A DNA stretch of 30,613 nucleotides from an uncultured delta proteobacterium (lineage in GTDB: Bacteria; Desulfobacterota; Syntrophorhabdia; Syntrophorhabdales; WCHB1-27): NCBI GenBank assembly GCA_963810935.1, contig CAWEPK010000002.1:1-30613 (forward strand), given 5' to 3'. The notes under the pieces were generated by a model. It worked only from the letters and a program-made list of their open reading frames with translations. It was not told the DNA's origin and ran no database searches. Shown piece by piece: positions 19,903-29,194 of the stretch (positions are counted from its first letter, which is position 1; each line of letters starts with the position of its first letter). The translations under genes were made by a program, and so were the position numbers.

Positions 19903-22900
19903 ATGACGGAAAGGTCAGTCAGGCTGCGGGCGTTACTGAAAGCAGACATCTTCATTTTTGTTTGTCTCTTTGCTTTGTTTTCGGTCCCTCTTCGGGGCCT
20001 TGCCCAAACGAGCACTACGTGGAACGGGGCCACGGGCGCCTGGAACGTTCCGGCAAACTGGACGAACGGCATACCGTATTACGGCGTTGACGCACTCATA
20101 TCAGCCCCCAATTCCAACGTTACCATAAACACCGTCACCGGCTTCGGTAGCAATGGAAGCGCAAGGAACCTGACCCTTGGCTCGGACAACAACCTCTACC
20201 TTGCCGTCGGCATGAACCTTTCAGTCTTCGGCAGCAACTATAATGGTGTCAACGGTGATGGCGTCATAACCAATAACGGCGCCATAACCCTTTACGGCAA
20301 CAATTCCATCCTGGGATATGGCAGCTTGACGTTGGCCGGCTCGGGTACCCTGATTATGGACAGCGCCGGGACCAGCCAGATCGTTCCCAACGGCTTGAGC
20401 CCAGGCACCCTTATCAACGGTATAACCATCCAGGGCGCCGGCACAATCGGCGAAAATCTTGCCCTCGGCGGACATCTCGGTTTAGTCCTCACGAACACCG
20501 GCACGATCACCGCCGACCAGGGCAATGCCCTAAACCTTTACCTTAACGACGGCAGCACGAATTCCGGCACCATCCAGGCCACCTCTACGGGCGGGCTAAG
20601 TATCAGCCAGGCGGGCACCCTGACGAACGCGAGCGGCGGCTACATCCAGGCCGCCGGCGGGCCGCTTACCATGTCGGGGAACATTATTAACCGGGGCACC
20701 ATGCAGGCCGCGAACGGAACGCTTAATCTTGCGGCGTCGCCAACGGTCACCAACTCCGGCACCATACAGGCAAACGCTGGGGGCACCGTCATTTTCGGGG
20801 GCGGCAGCGCGATCAGCAATGCCGGTGGCGCGATAAGCGCGTCTGGGGGACATATCTCTTTCGGGACCGGCTTCGACAACACGGGCGGCGCGATCAGCGC
20901 GTCGGCGGGCGGCGGCATCGACCTTGGCAGCGGCACGTTCACCAACGGCAGTTTAACAGCGACAGGCTCGCTTATCAATACCTCGGGAACCCTCACGAAC
21001 ATGGCCATAACCATCGGCCAGGGCGCAGGCCTGCAGGTAAACGGCGGGACGCTGAACGCTTCAGGAACCATAACCAACAACGGCGGCATAAGCCTGAACG
21101 GCAACGCGACCCTCAACGCCGGAACGGGCATCCTGACACTTGCCGGCTTGGGCACCATGACAATGGACAGCAGCGGCAACAGCCGGATCATCGGCGGCTC
21201 AGGGGGCGCCCTCGTCAACGGTACGGGCCACACGGTCCAGGGGGCCGGCACAATCGGCGACGCAAGCGGCATAATTCTCACGAATAACGGCTCGATCACG
21301 GCCAACCAGGGCAACGCCCTCAACCTCTACCTGAACTCCGGCAGCACGAACTCCGGAACCATCCAGGCCACATCGACGGGCGGGCTGAACATCTACCTCA
21401 ACCCATTGTCGGGCGGCTTTTTCTCCGGTACGATCACCAATACGGGCAGCATAATGGCGGCGGGCGGGCAGGTAACCACGTATGGGAACATCGTCAACCA
21501 GGGCACAATGCAGGCCGCGAACGGTACGCTGAATCTGATGAATTCGGCAATCACCAACTCAGGCGCCATCCAGGCAAACGCGGGGGGCGCCGTCCTTTTC
21601 GCGATCGGCGGCACGACAGGCAATGCGGGCGGCAGCATCGGCGCGTCGGGGGGCGGCATAGTCAACCTGGGCGGCAGCACGGTTACGGGCGGCAGCATTA
21701 CAGCGACAGGCACAAACACCCGTATTTACAGCTCCTATATCACCAATCCGGGCAACACCACCCTTACGAACGTCTCCGTCAGCCTGGATCAAAACGCCGG
21801 CCTGCAGATCGATTCCGGGAAGACCCTGACCCTTGCCGGCTCCGGCGTGCTCGCATTATCGAGTTTCGGCGCGGTCGTAAGCGGCGGCGGCACGCCCGGC
21901 ACGATCATCAATGATACGGGATACACCATCCACGGCGCAGGGGCAATCGGAGCGGGGGCAGGCATAGTCCTTGCGAACAGCGGCACGATCACCGCCGACT
22001 CAAGCAGCCCTCTCAATCTTACCCTGGCCTCGGGCAGCACGAACTCAGGAACCATTCAGGCCACCTCGACTGGCGGAATATACATCAATGCGACGTCCGG
22101 TTCTTTCACGAACACGGGCACGCTGCATGTAGCCTCCGGAAGCGGTATGAACGTAACGGGCAATTTCACTAATTACGCCTCGGGCGTCCTGACGGGTGGT
22201 ACATACAACCTGGCGGGGATGCTGGTCCTGCCGGTGCCTACCGGTCAGACCATTCAGACAAACGCGGCGACTATCGTCCTCGACGGCGGCAATTCGTCGA
22301 TCTTCGGCCAGAACATGTCGAACGCCCTGACGGGCTTCGCCGCGAACTCAAGCGGCGGCAGCTTTACGGTCACCAACGGCCGCGCCTTCACGACTTCCGG
22401 GGCCTTCAGCAATGCCGGCGCACTGACCGTCGGGACAGGCAGCGCCTTTTTGGCCGGGAGCCCAGGCAGCCAGACGGTTTATACACAGACGGCCGGGACC
22501 ACGACGGTAAACGGCTGGCTGCAGGCTAGCTCCGTCTCTATACAGGGTGGCATCTTAAGCGGCGTCGGTACGGTCTCCCTTATCGCTGGCCCTTTGTCCG
22601 TTTCAAGCGGGGCTATCATCCATCCCGGCAACTCGCCGGGCATTCTGACGATCAACGGGACCTATAACAACGCCGGTACTCTTGCAATAGACATCCTGAA
22701 CCTCGCAGGCGGTCCCGGAACCGGCTACAGCCAGTTGATCGTCAACAGCACCGGAGTGAGCATACTTGGAGGCACGGTTCAGGTCAATCTCTTAACCGGC
22801 GGCGTGGTAACATCGGGCGATAGGTTCGATATACTGCATGCATCCGGAGGGCTGTCCGGCGCCTTCGCGCAGTTGGCCGGTAACCCGAATTTCTACCTTG

Positions 22901-23103
22901 ACTACGAGGCGAGCGACGTCTACCTCGTCGCCACCCCCATACCGCCGGGCATCATACTGCTTGCGCCTGGTCTGGCGGGCCTTTACGGACTGCGAAGGAG
23001 AATGGGGCGGAAGGCTGAACGCAAAAGGGAGATGCAAAGCGGCGCTTCAAGTCCTACCCGAACTCGCTACTATCCTGTTGCTCGAAATCCATTTGGAGTA
23101 TAG
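19903..23103 (+). CDS. Large secreted Gly/Asn/Thr-rich beta-repeat surface protein with a PEP-CTERM/VPLPA-type sorting signal
   Basis: Signal peptide ...LFALFSVPLRGLA|QTSTTWNG; three internal repeats containing GSTNSGTIQATSTGG; IHPGNSPGILTING; C-terminal TPIPPGIILLAPGLAGLYGLRRR. Confidence 0.85.
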   Translation: MTERSVRLRALLKADIFIFVCLFALFSVPLRGLAQTSTTWNGATGAWNVPANWTNGIPYYGVDALISAPNSNVTINTVTGFGSNGSARNLTLGSDNNLYLAVGMNLSVFGSNYNGVNGDGVITNNGAITLYGNNSILGYGSLTLAGSGTLIMDSAGTSQIVPNGLSPGTLINGITIQGAGTIGENLALGGHLGLVLTNTGTITADQGNALNLYLNDGSTNSGTIQATSTGGLSISQAGTLTNASGGYIQAAGGPLTMSGNIINRGTMQAANGTLNLAASPTVTNSGTIQANAGGTVIFGGGSAISNAGGAISASGGHISFGTGFDNTGGAISASAGGGIDLGSGTFTNGSLTATGSLINTSGTLTNMAITIGQGAGLQVNGGTLNASGTITNNGGISLNGNATLNAGTGILTLAGLGTMTMDSSGNSRIIGGSGGALVNGTGHTVQGAGTIGDASGIILTNNGSITANQGNALNLYLNSGSTNSGTIQATSTGGLNIYLNPLSGGFFSGTITNTGSIMAAGGQVTTYGNIVNQGTMQAANGTLNLMNSAITNSGAIQANAGGAVLFAIGGTTGNAGGSIGASGGGIVNLGGSTVTGGSITATGTNTRIYSSYITNPGNTTLTNVSVSLDQNAGLQIDSGKTLTLAGSGVLALSSFGAVVSGGGTPGTIINDTGYTIHGAGAIGAGAGIVLANSGTITADSSSPLNLTLASGSTNSGTIQATSTGGIYINATSGSFTNTGTLHVASGSGMNVTGNFTNYASGVLTGGTYNLAGMLVLPVPTGQTIQTNAATIVLDGGNSSIFGQNMSNALTGFAANSSGGSFTVTNGRAFTTSGAFSNAGALTVGTGSAFLAGSPGSQTVYTQTAGTTTVNGWLQASSVSIQGGILSGVGTVSLIAGPLSVSSGAIIHPGNSPGILTINGTYNNAGTLAIDILNLAGGPGTGYSQLIVNSTGVSILGGTVQVNLLTGGVVTSGDRFDILHASGGLSGAFAQLAGNPNFYLDYEASDVYLVATPIPPGIILLAPGLAGLYGLRRRMGRKAERKREMQSGASSPTRTRYYPVARNPFGV

Positions 23104-23225
23104 CAGCTTACAGATACAGCGTTTGCCGCTCGCTTTCAGGAAGTAGTTCTTGGACGCCCTGACATGTGCGATATGCTGAATACGCACCCTTACACTTATG
23201 ACACATCACCACAAATACCGCACAG

Positions 23226-23357
23226 CCCGCTCTTACTGCCGCCGAAGGGATGCGCGGAATGCTCCGTTAGCGGCGGCTGGCTGTGGAGGAGCGAGTCCAA
23301 ACCGAGGGAGTCCGATCGTCTTTTGCCCTTAACCCGTAGCCCCTGGGTAACTACCCC
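23226..23357 (+). repeat. Copy B (uninterrupted) of the structured non-coding repeat
   Basis: CCCGCTCTTACTGCCGCC...TCCGTTAGCGGCGGCTGGCTGTGGAGGAGCGAGTCCAAACCGAGGGAGTCCGATCGTCTTTTGCCCTTAACCCGTAGCCCCTGG; inverted homologue of 19260-19543. Confidence 0.85.
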
Positions 23358-23367
23358 TTCCCCCGCC

Positions 23368-23396
23368 TTGCATTTCCCCCGCCCTTCGCCTATAAT
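23368..23396 (+). promoter_or_regulatory. Sigma-70 promoter for rubredoxin-purC
   Basis: TTGCAT-N17-TATAAT. Confidence 0.7.
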
Positions 23397-23429
23397 TCCT
23401 ATCATCTAACGGCCAATAAGGAGGACGCT

Positions 23430-23588
23430 ATGGACACTTACACATGCGTTGTGTGCGGATACATCTACGATCCTAAAGAGGGCGATCCGGGCGCGGGCGT
23501 TGCTCCGGGTACGCCGTTCGACGACTTGCCCGATACGTGGGTGTGCCCGGTTTGCGGCGCGCCGAAGACGGAATTCGAAAAGAACTGA
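23430..23588 (+). CDS. Rubredoxin (52 aa; not in the ORF track)
   Basis: [62 protein letters not shown]. Confidence 0.96.
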   Translation: MDTYTCVVCGYIYDPKEGDPGAGVAPGTPFDDLPDTWVCPVCGAPKTEFEKN

Positions 23589-23610
23589 TAAGCACCAGGA
23601 GGCATAAAGG

Positions 23611-24492
23611 ATGCTGCTCGAGACCAGGCTGGCGGGCATGGGTACGCCCAAAAAGGGCAAGGTGCGCGATATCTACGATCTGGGCGATGCGCTTCTGATC
23701 GTCGCGACCGACCGCGTCTCCGCCTTCGATGTCGTACTGTCTACAGGCATACCGGACAAGGGTAAGGTGCTCAACCAGCTTTCCCTTTTCTGGTTCGGGA
23801 TGATGGGCGATTTGGTTAAGAACCACGTGCTGGAGTCGGACGCGGACAAATATCCCGCCCCCCTGCTCAAGTACGCGGACGACCTGCGCGGCAGGAGCAT
23901 GATAGTCAAAAAGGCGAAGCCTTTTACGGTGGAATGCGTCGTCAGGGGATACCTGGCGGGCTCCGGCTGGTCGGAGTACAGGGAGAAAGGGAGCGTCTGC
24001 GGGCTCGGGCTGCCTTCCGGTCTTCGGGAGTCGGACCGCCTTCCCGAGCCGATCTTTACGCCGACGACGAAGGCCGACGAAGGGCACGACGAGGCGGTCT
24101 CCTTCGAGCAGTGCGCAACCATAGCAGGCCGGAAAGAGGCCGAGGAGCTAAGGGCCCTGACCATTGCGATCTACAAAAGGGCCGTCTCTTTTGCCGAGTC
24201 GAAAGGCATCATTATTGCCGATACGAAATTCGAGTTCGGCACAATCGGCAATGAGACGATCTTAATCGACGAGGTCCTCACCCCGGATTCGTCAAGGTTC
24301 TGGTCCGCACGTGACTACACGCCGGGCAAGGGCCAGGACAGCTTCGACAAGCAGATAGTCAGGGATTATCTGAATACATTGGACTGGGGGAAGACATACC
24401 CGGGGCCCGAGCTGCCCCCCTCGATAGTCGAGAAGACGGCCGCGAGGTACAGGGAGATTTTCGAGATACTGACGGGCGATCCGCTGAAGTGA
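23611..24492 (+). CDS. purC: SAICAR synthetase
   Basis: GKVRDIY, ATDRVSAFD, ECVVRGYLAGSGW, ADTKFEFG, DEVLTPDSSRFW, FDKQIVRDYL. Confidence 0.96.
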   Translation: MLLETRLAGMGTPKKGKVRDIYDLGDALLIVATDRVSAFDVVLSTGIPDKGKVLNQLSLFWFGMMGDLVKNHVLESDADKYPAPLLKYADDLRGRSMIVKKAKPFTVECVVRGYLAGSGWSEYREKGSVCGLGLPSGLRESDRLPEPIFTPTTKADEGHDEAVSFEQCATIAGRKEAEELRALTIAIYKRAVSFAESKGIIIADTKFEFGTIGNETILIDEVLTPDSSRFWSARDYTPGKGQDSFDKQIVRDYLNTLDWGKTYPGPELPPSIVEKTAARYREIFEILTGDPLK

Positions 24493-24540
24493 TGGACGAA
24501 GGGCGGAAAAAAGTCTGAAAAAAGATAGCGGAAGGGTCGA

Positions 24541-24578
24541 GGCACAGGGTCCCCGATGGAGGACCCTGTGCCGTTTTA
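24541..24578. terminator. Terminator hairpin between convergent purC and HU genes
   Basis: 12-bp stem GGCACAGGGTCC / GGACCCTGTGCC followed by GTTTTATT. Confidence 0.75.
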
Positions 24579-24582
24579 TTAC

Positions 24583-24855
24583 TTAAGACAGGGCGTCCTT
24601 CATTGCGCTTGCCGGTGAAAATTTGGGCGCTTTTTTCGCATGGATCTTGATTTCTTTCCCCGTGCGCGGATTTCTGCCCGTGCGGGCCTTCCTCTCCACG
24701 ACCGAGAACGTGCCGAAACCGGTGACCGTCACGCGATCGCCCTTCTTCAGAGAGTCCTTTACTGCCGCCACGAAGGCATCAATCGCCTTCTCCGCCTGGG
24801 TTTTTTTGATTGCCGCGCCTGCTGCCACTTTGTCGACAAGGTCTTTTTTAGTCAT
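24583..24855 (-). CDS. hup: HU family DNA-binding protein
   Basis: MTKKDLVDKVA...GFGTFSVVERKARTGRNPRTGKEIKI...PKFSP; AGGAGGTG RBS. Confidence 0.95.
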   Translation of the reverse strand: MTKKDLVDKVAAGAAIKKTQAEKAIDAFVAAVKDSLKKGDRVTVTGFGTFSVVERKARTGRNPRTGKEIKIHAKKAPKFSPASAMKDALS

Positions 24856-25091
24856 ATTCTTTCACCTCCTTTTTATCCAGGACTGTCGTTTTTATTAGTA
24901 AATTACACCCTCAAGGAAACATTGTACGTGTTTTTCAGGCGCAAGGAAATAAAAATCGCACTTATTACAAAGAAAAAAGATGGAAATTATCGAATGCCAG
25001 ACTTATTTTATAATTGTTCAACAGTGTGGGTATAGTATTTTTTTTCGTCCGCCGGCCGAAAGCGCCCGGCTATGCAGCCTGCGGTCTTTTT

Positions 25092-25120
25092 TTGCGTTTG
25101 TGAGAGGAATATGTTATCCT
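25092..25120 (+). promoter_or_regulatory. Putative promoter for rpsU, implying a long leader
   Basis: TTGCGT-N17-TATCCT with extended TG. Confidence 0.45.
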
Positions 25121-25308
25121 ACAAGTCGATATTTCTTCTGTTTTCGCACTTCCGTTCATTCGTACTAAAGCGATCGCAGACAGAGAGGTAGTCGGCGGCG
25201 GGATACATATGCGGGGTGGCACCTATTTTTTTTCGGTCATCCGGGTTGTTGGCTGTCCCGGGATGGCGGCCCGAACATTAAAACGCTAAATGCAGAAATG
25301 AGGTAAGT

Positions 25309-25515
25309 GTGGCGAACGTAGAGGTAAACGACGGAAACATAGAGAAGGCGATCAAGGCGCTCAAGCGCATGCTCCAGCGAGAAGGCATCCTCAAGGAGAT
25401 CAAGAGAAGGAGCTTTTACGAGAAACCGTCCGAAAGGGAGAGGCGCAAGCAGCGGGAAGCAAGGAAGCGGCGTCTTCGGGCGGAAAGAAGAAAACATGCC
25501 TCCGGCAGGGATTGA
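25309..25515 (+). CDS. rpsU: 30S ribosomal protein S21
   Basis: IEKAIKALKRMLQREGILKEIKRRSFYEKPSERERRK; GAGGT RBS, GTG start. Confidence 0.93.
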   Translation: MANVEVNDGNIEKAIKALKRMLQREGILKEIKRRSFYEKPSERERRKQREARKRRLRAERRKHASGRD

Positions 25516-25540
25516 TATCCGGGCGCGCCTTTAGGGCGCC

Positions 25541-26279
25541 CTAGATTCCCCACCCTCCAGACACGACAATTGTCGTGCCCGTTATATACGAGCCTGTCGT
25601 CGGACGCAAGAAAAGCGGCAGTTCGGGCAATTTCTTCCGGTTCCCCCATCCTTCCGACCAGCGTTTCAGCTACGATAGGCGCCCTGTATTTCTCCGGCAT
25701 CCGCTCCATGGGCGGCGTGCGGATGATGCCGGGGACTATCGCGTTGACCGTCACATTGTCGCGGCCGGCTTCGCGCGCGACCGTCTTCGTCATACCTATC
25801 ACGGCAGCCTTCGCCGTGCAGTAAGCGGCCTCCCCTTTAGCCCCTGTTAGCCCGTAAATCGAGCTGATGTTTATGATCCTGCCCCAGCCTGCTTCGCGCA
25901 TCCCCGGCAAAAGGAGCTTCGTCAGGACGAAGGGGACGAGCACGTGTATGCCGAGCACCTCGCCGAAGCCCTTCTTGTCCACCCTGGATGTCGTACCCGG
26001 CCGGTCAAAGCCCGCGTTGTTCACCAAAATGTCGATCGACGCCTTGCCCTTGATCGCCTCTATCAGGGCTTCCAGCTTCCCGGTGTGCATAAGGTCGATT
26101 ATGTGGCCTTCCACGTGTCCGCCTGCCGCCGCTATGCCTTCGACTACGCCCGGCAACGTCCGCCTGTTCTTGTCCAGAAGGATGAGCCGTGCGCCTCTTC
26201 CGGCGAAGACCTGCGCGCACGCGCGGCCGATGCCCTGGCCCGCGCCCGTAATGAGCGCCGTATGTCCTGATAAATCCAT
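25541..26279 (-). CDS. SDR / FabG-like oxidoreductase (~245 aa), with a +1 frameshift near 25595
   Basis: TGAGQGIG, LVNNAG, NISS, YCTAK. Removing one base after FLASD restores the typical SYITGTTIVVSGGWGI* ending at 25541. Confidence 0.88.
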
Positions 26280-26548
26280 ATTTGCCTCTCCGCTATTTTA
26301 AGCGAGAACTGCCGCCGATAGCAACATGATCGTAGGGGGCGCCCGCCGCAGACATATTATTTCGCGGGGCGTCCGGGCGGCTGATATTGCATACAATCGT
26401 CCCTCGCCGTATCGGCAAAAAAGACTTGTATTCCGGCTTTTTCCTGCCTAAAATAAAAGCACAAACAGATGTAATCCGTACAAAAGGTGTAAAGTGCGCC
26501 CGCAAGACGGGAATACCTGAATAGATGGTAGAGACGGAGGCAAGAGCG

Positions 26549-27343
26549 GTGCTTGCAATAGGCGAGCGGATCAACGCGTCGCGTAAATCGATAGGCGAAG
26601 CCATCGCCTTGCGCAACGCGGAGTTCATCCGGAATGAAGCCAGGGCGCAGGCCGCGGCAGGGGCCGACTACCTGGACGTAAACGCCGGGACCTCCGATTG
26701 CAGGGAGGCCGAAGACCTGAAATGGCTCGTCGAGGTCATCCAGCGTGCGACGGACACCCCCCTGTGCATCGACAGCCCCGACCCCGCCGCAATCAGGGCG
26801 GTGCTTCCGCTGGTGGAAAAGACGCCCATAATCAACTCGATCACCCTGGAGCCCGCGCGCATGGAAGGCATCCTCCCTCTCGTCGCCCAATATAAGGCAA
26901 AGGTCATTGCCCTCTGCCAGTCGCTTGATGCGATAGCCGAGACGACAGAGGCGAAGGTACAAATGGCTGCCGAGCTTGCAGCTAAGACAAAAGAGGCGGG
27001 CGTCCCCATAGGCGACCTTTACATCGACCCACTCGTCTACCCGGTTGCGACCAATAAGCTATCCGCAATGGCCACCCTCGCGGCAATCGAGGAGATTATG
27101 GCGCGGCTGCCCGGCGTACACACGACCTGCGGCCTGACGAACGTCTCTTTCGGGCTTCCCAAAAGAAAGCTCGTCAACCGGGCCTTCCTGGTCGTCGCCG
27201 TTGCCAGGGGCCTAGATTCAGCCATCCTCGACCCTACCGACAATGAGCTTTTCGGTACGCTCAAGGCTGCCCTTCTGATCAGCGGACACGACGACTACTG
27301 CATGGAGTTCATCAAGGCCTTCAGAGAAGGAAGGTTGGGATGA
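26549..27343 (+). CDS. Methyltetrahydrofolate:corrinoid methyltransferase, AcsE-like (pterin-binding family)
   Basis: IGERINASRK, ADYLDVNAG, PLCIDS, IINSIT, YIDPLV, GLTNVSFGLP, GLDSAILDP; GGAGG RBS favours GTG 26549. Confidence 0.85.
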   Translation: MLAIGERINASRKSIGEAIALRNAEFIRNEARAQAAAGADYLDVNAGTSDCREAEDLKWLVEVIQRATDTPLCIDSPDPAAIRAVLPLVEKTPIINSITLEPARMEGILPLVAQYKAKVIALCQSLDAIAETTEAKVQMAAELAAKTKEAGVPIGDLYIDPLVYPVATNKLSAMATLAAIEEIMARLPGVHTTCGLTNVSFGLPKRKLVNRAFLVVAVARGLDSAILDPTDNELFGTLKAALLISGHDDYCMEFIKAFREGRLG

Positions 27344-27364
27344 CTTTTGCATATGGGGAGATAA

Positions 27365-29164
27365 ATGGAAAGAAAAAACCCGCCTGAAGCAGCGCGTAAA
27401 AGCCGCCGGTCCTCCACCCTCGCCCTCGTGCCCGCCCGCCCGTCCCCCGGCCTGGCCGCCTCGCTTCGCGCTTACTATGCCACGGTCGAAGGGGCGGGCG
27501 AGGCCTACGCTGACGAGCGCATGAAACGCTGGTCGGCCGACCCTGCCGTCCGGGTGTATCGGGCAAAAAAAGGCAGTGAGACCGTCGCCCATGTAGTTTA
27601 CGACCCCCGCACCAGCATGATAGAGGAAGTCGTCGCGGCCCGCCCGGGTAAAACCGAAGCGTATATGCCGAAAGCGATCGACGCCCTCGTCGCAAAGGAA
27701 AGCCTGCTCGCTGCCGGGGTCCTGAAGACGGATATCCGGAAATACAAATGGCTGGTCGACTACGGCTTCAGGCCCGTCCGCACGTATGCGGATCAGGGCC
27801 GTTCCTTCGTTAAGATGGACTTATCGACCGCCGTATACCTCGAGGCTGCAAAAAGCGGCAGGCCCGCGCGGCCGTACAGGCGCAAAGAACGGGTAGCCAT
27901 CGAAAGGATCGCAGACAGTCAGAGCGAGGCGGAGGTCGCCGCGTCGCTCGGGCGGCTCATCGGCCGTCTCGGCGGCATCCGCAGGTTTGTCGCGCCGGGC
28001 GCGCGCGTCGTGATAAAGCCGAACGTTGTCGCGGACCACGGGATGAAGGATGGCGTCTACACGGGCGGCATCGTGACCGATATAAGGCTCGTCAGGGCGC
28101 TTATCGACCTGCTTTTGCCCGTTGCCGGCGAGGTCATCGTTGCCGAAGGGTCGTCTATCAACCGCAGCGAGACGACGAAGATGTTCGCCCATTACGGGTA
28201 CGAAACGCTGGTCGAGGCCGACCCCGCACGCGTCCGCCTCGTAGACCTCAACACCGATGCGCTTGTCGAGAAACAGGTGCCTTTTGCCAAGAGGATGGCG
28301 TCGAGGAAGGTCCCGGTCACCATCGATCGGGCCGACGTCATTATCAGCCTGCCCGTCATGAAGATCCATTTTGCGGCAGGCGTCTCCATGGCGGTCAAGA
28401 ACCTGCAGGGGACGATGCCCCCGTTAGAGAAGTACATGAGCCATTTCTTCGGGCTCTGGCAAAACCTCATCAACATCCATCACCTCGTCAAGCCCGCCCT
28501 CACGATAATCGACGGCATCACCGGGCAGGAGGATTTCGGCCCGGTCTCGGGCATACCCAAGCCCATGAACGTCCTCATAGGCGGGACGAACCCCGTCGCG
28601 GTAGATGCGACGGCCATGCGCGTCATGGGGCTCGACCCTGTATCCTCGCCTCCCGTGCTGCTTTCCTACCTTCAGGGTTTAGGGCCGATAGAGCGCGAGC
28701 GGATCGAGGTGGCCGGCACACCCATAGAAGATGTTGCGAGCAGCTTTAAGCCGCCCGCGATCGACATTTCGAGCGGCGCCGATTTCCGCATCCACGACGG
28801 GAGCGCATGCCCCGGCTGCAGGGGATATCTCCATTTCGTGCTTACCAAGCTCAGGAGGCCTGACCCTTCCGGCGGCACGCGGTCCCTGATCGACCGGCCT
28901 TTCAACCCGAAGGTGAACATTTTTCTCGGCCCGGAGACAGCCGCGCCCATCGACCCTGCGCAGACGAACGTCTTTATGGGCATCTGCCAGCAGCATAACG
29001 CGGAGTCGGGAGCGCACCTGCGCGGCTGCCCCCCGCACGCAGAGGTAATAATGAACGGCATATTCCGCCTGTTTCCCGACGTGGCGAGACCGAAATACGC
29101 AGATGAGACGGAAGAGGCGAAGCTGGAGAAAATGCTCGACGAAGTCCTTGGGATGGAGGAGTAG
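27365..29164 (+). CDS. DUF362-domain protein with a GNAT-like N-terminal domain and a Cys-rich C-terminus
   Basis: VVIKPNVV, VIVAEGSS, IISLPVMKIH, MAVKNLQG, IIDGI.GQE, PVAVDA; C-terminal ACPGC, GICQ, GCPP. Confidence 0.75.
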   Translation: MERKNPPEAARKSRRSSTLALVPARPSPGLAASLRAYYATVEGAGEAYADERMKRWSADPAVRVYRAKKGSETVAHVVYDPRTSMIEEVVAARPGKTEAYMPKAIDALVAKESLLAAGVLKTDIRKYKWLVDYGFRPVRTYADQGRSFVKMDLSTAVYLEAAKSGRPARPYRRKERVAIERIADSQSEAEVAASLGRLIGRLGGIRRFVAPGARVVIKPNVVADHGMKDGVYTGGIVTDIRLVRALIDLLLPVAGEVIVAEGSSINRSETTKMFAHYGYETLVEADPARVRLVDLNTDALVEKQVPFAKRMASRKVPVTIDRADVIISLPVMKIHFAAGVSMAVKNLQGTMPPLEKYMSHFFGLWQNLINIHHLVKPALTIIDGITGQEDFGPVSGIPKPMNVLIGGTNPVAVDATAMRVMGLDPVSSPPVLLSYLQGLGPIERERIEVAGTPIEDVASSFKPPAIDISSGADFRIHDGSACPGCRGYLHFVLTKLRRPDPSGGTRSLIDRPFNPKVNIFLGPETAAPIDPAQTNVFMGICQQHNAESGAHLRGCPPHAEVIMNGIFRLFPDVARPKYADETEEAKLEKMLDEVLGMEE

Positions 29165-29194
29165 CGAGGAAGCCGGCGCTGGGTGTGAGGCCGG

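Noticed and set aside
19495..23275. Integron attC sites (…CTAAC / GTTAG…)
   Set aside because: The AAC and GTT cores belong to different, inverted copies 3.7 kb apart rather than bounding one short palindrome, and no integrase is present.
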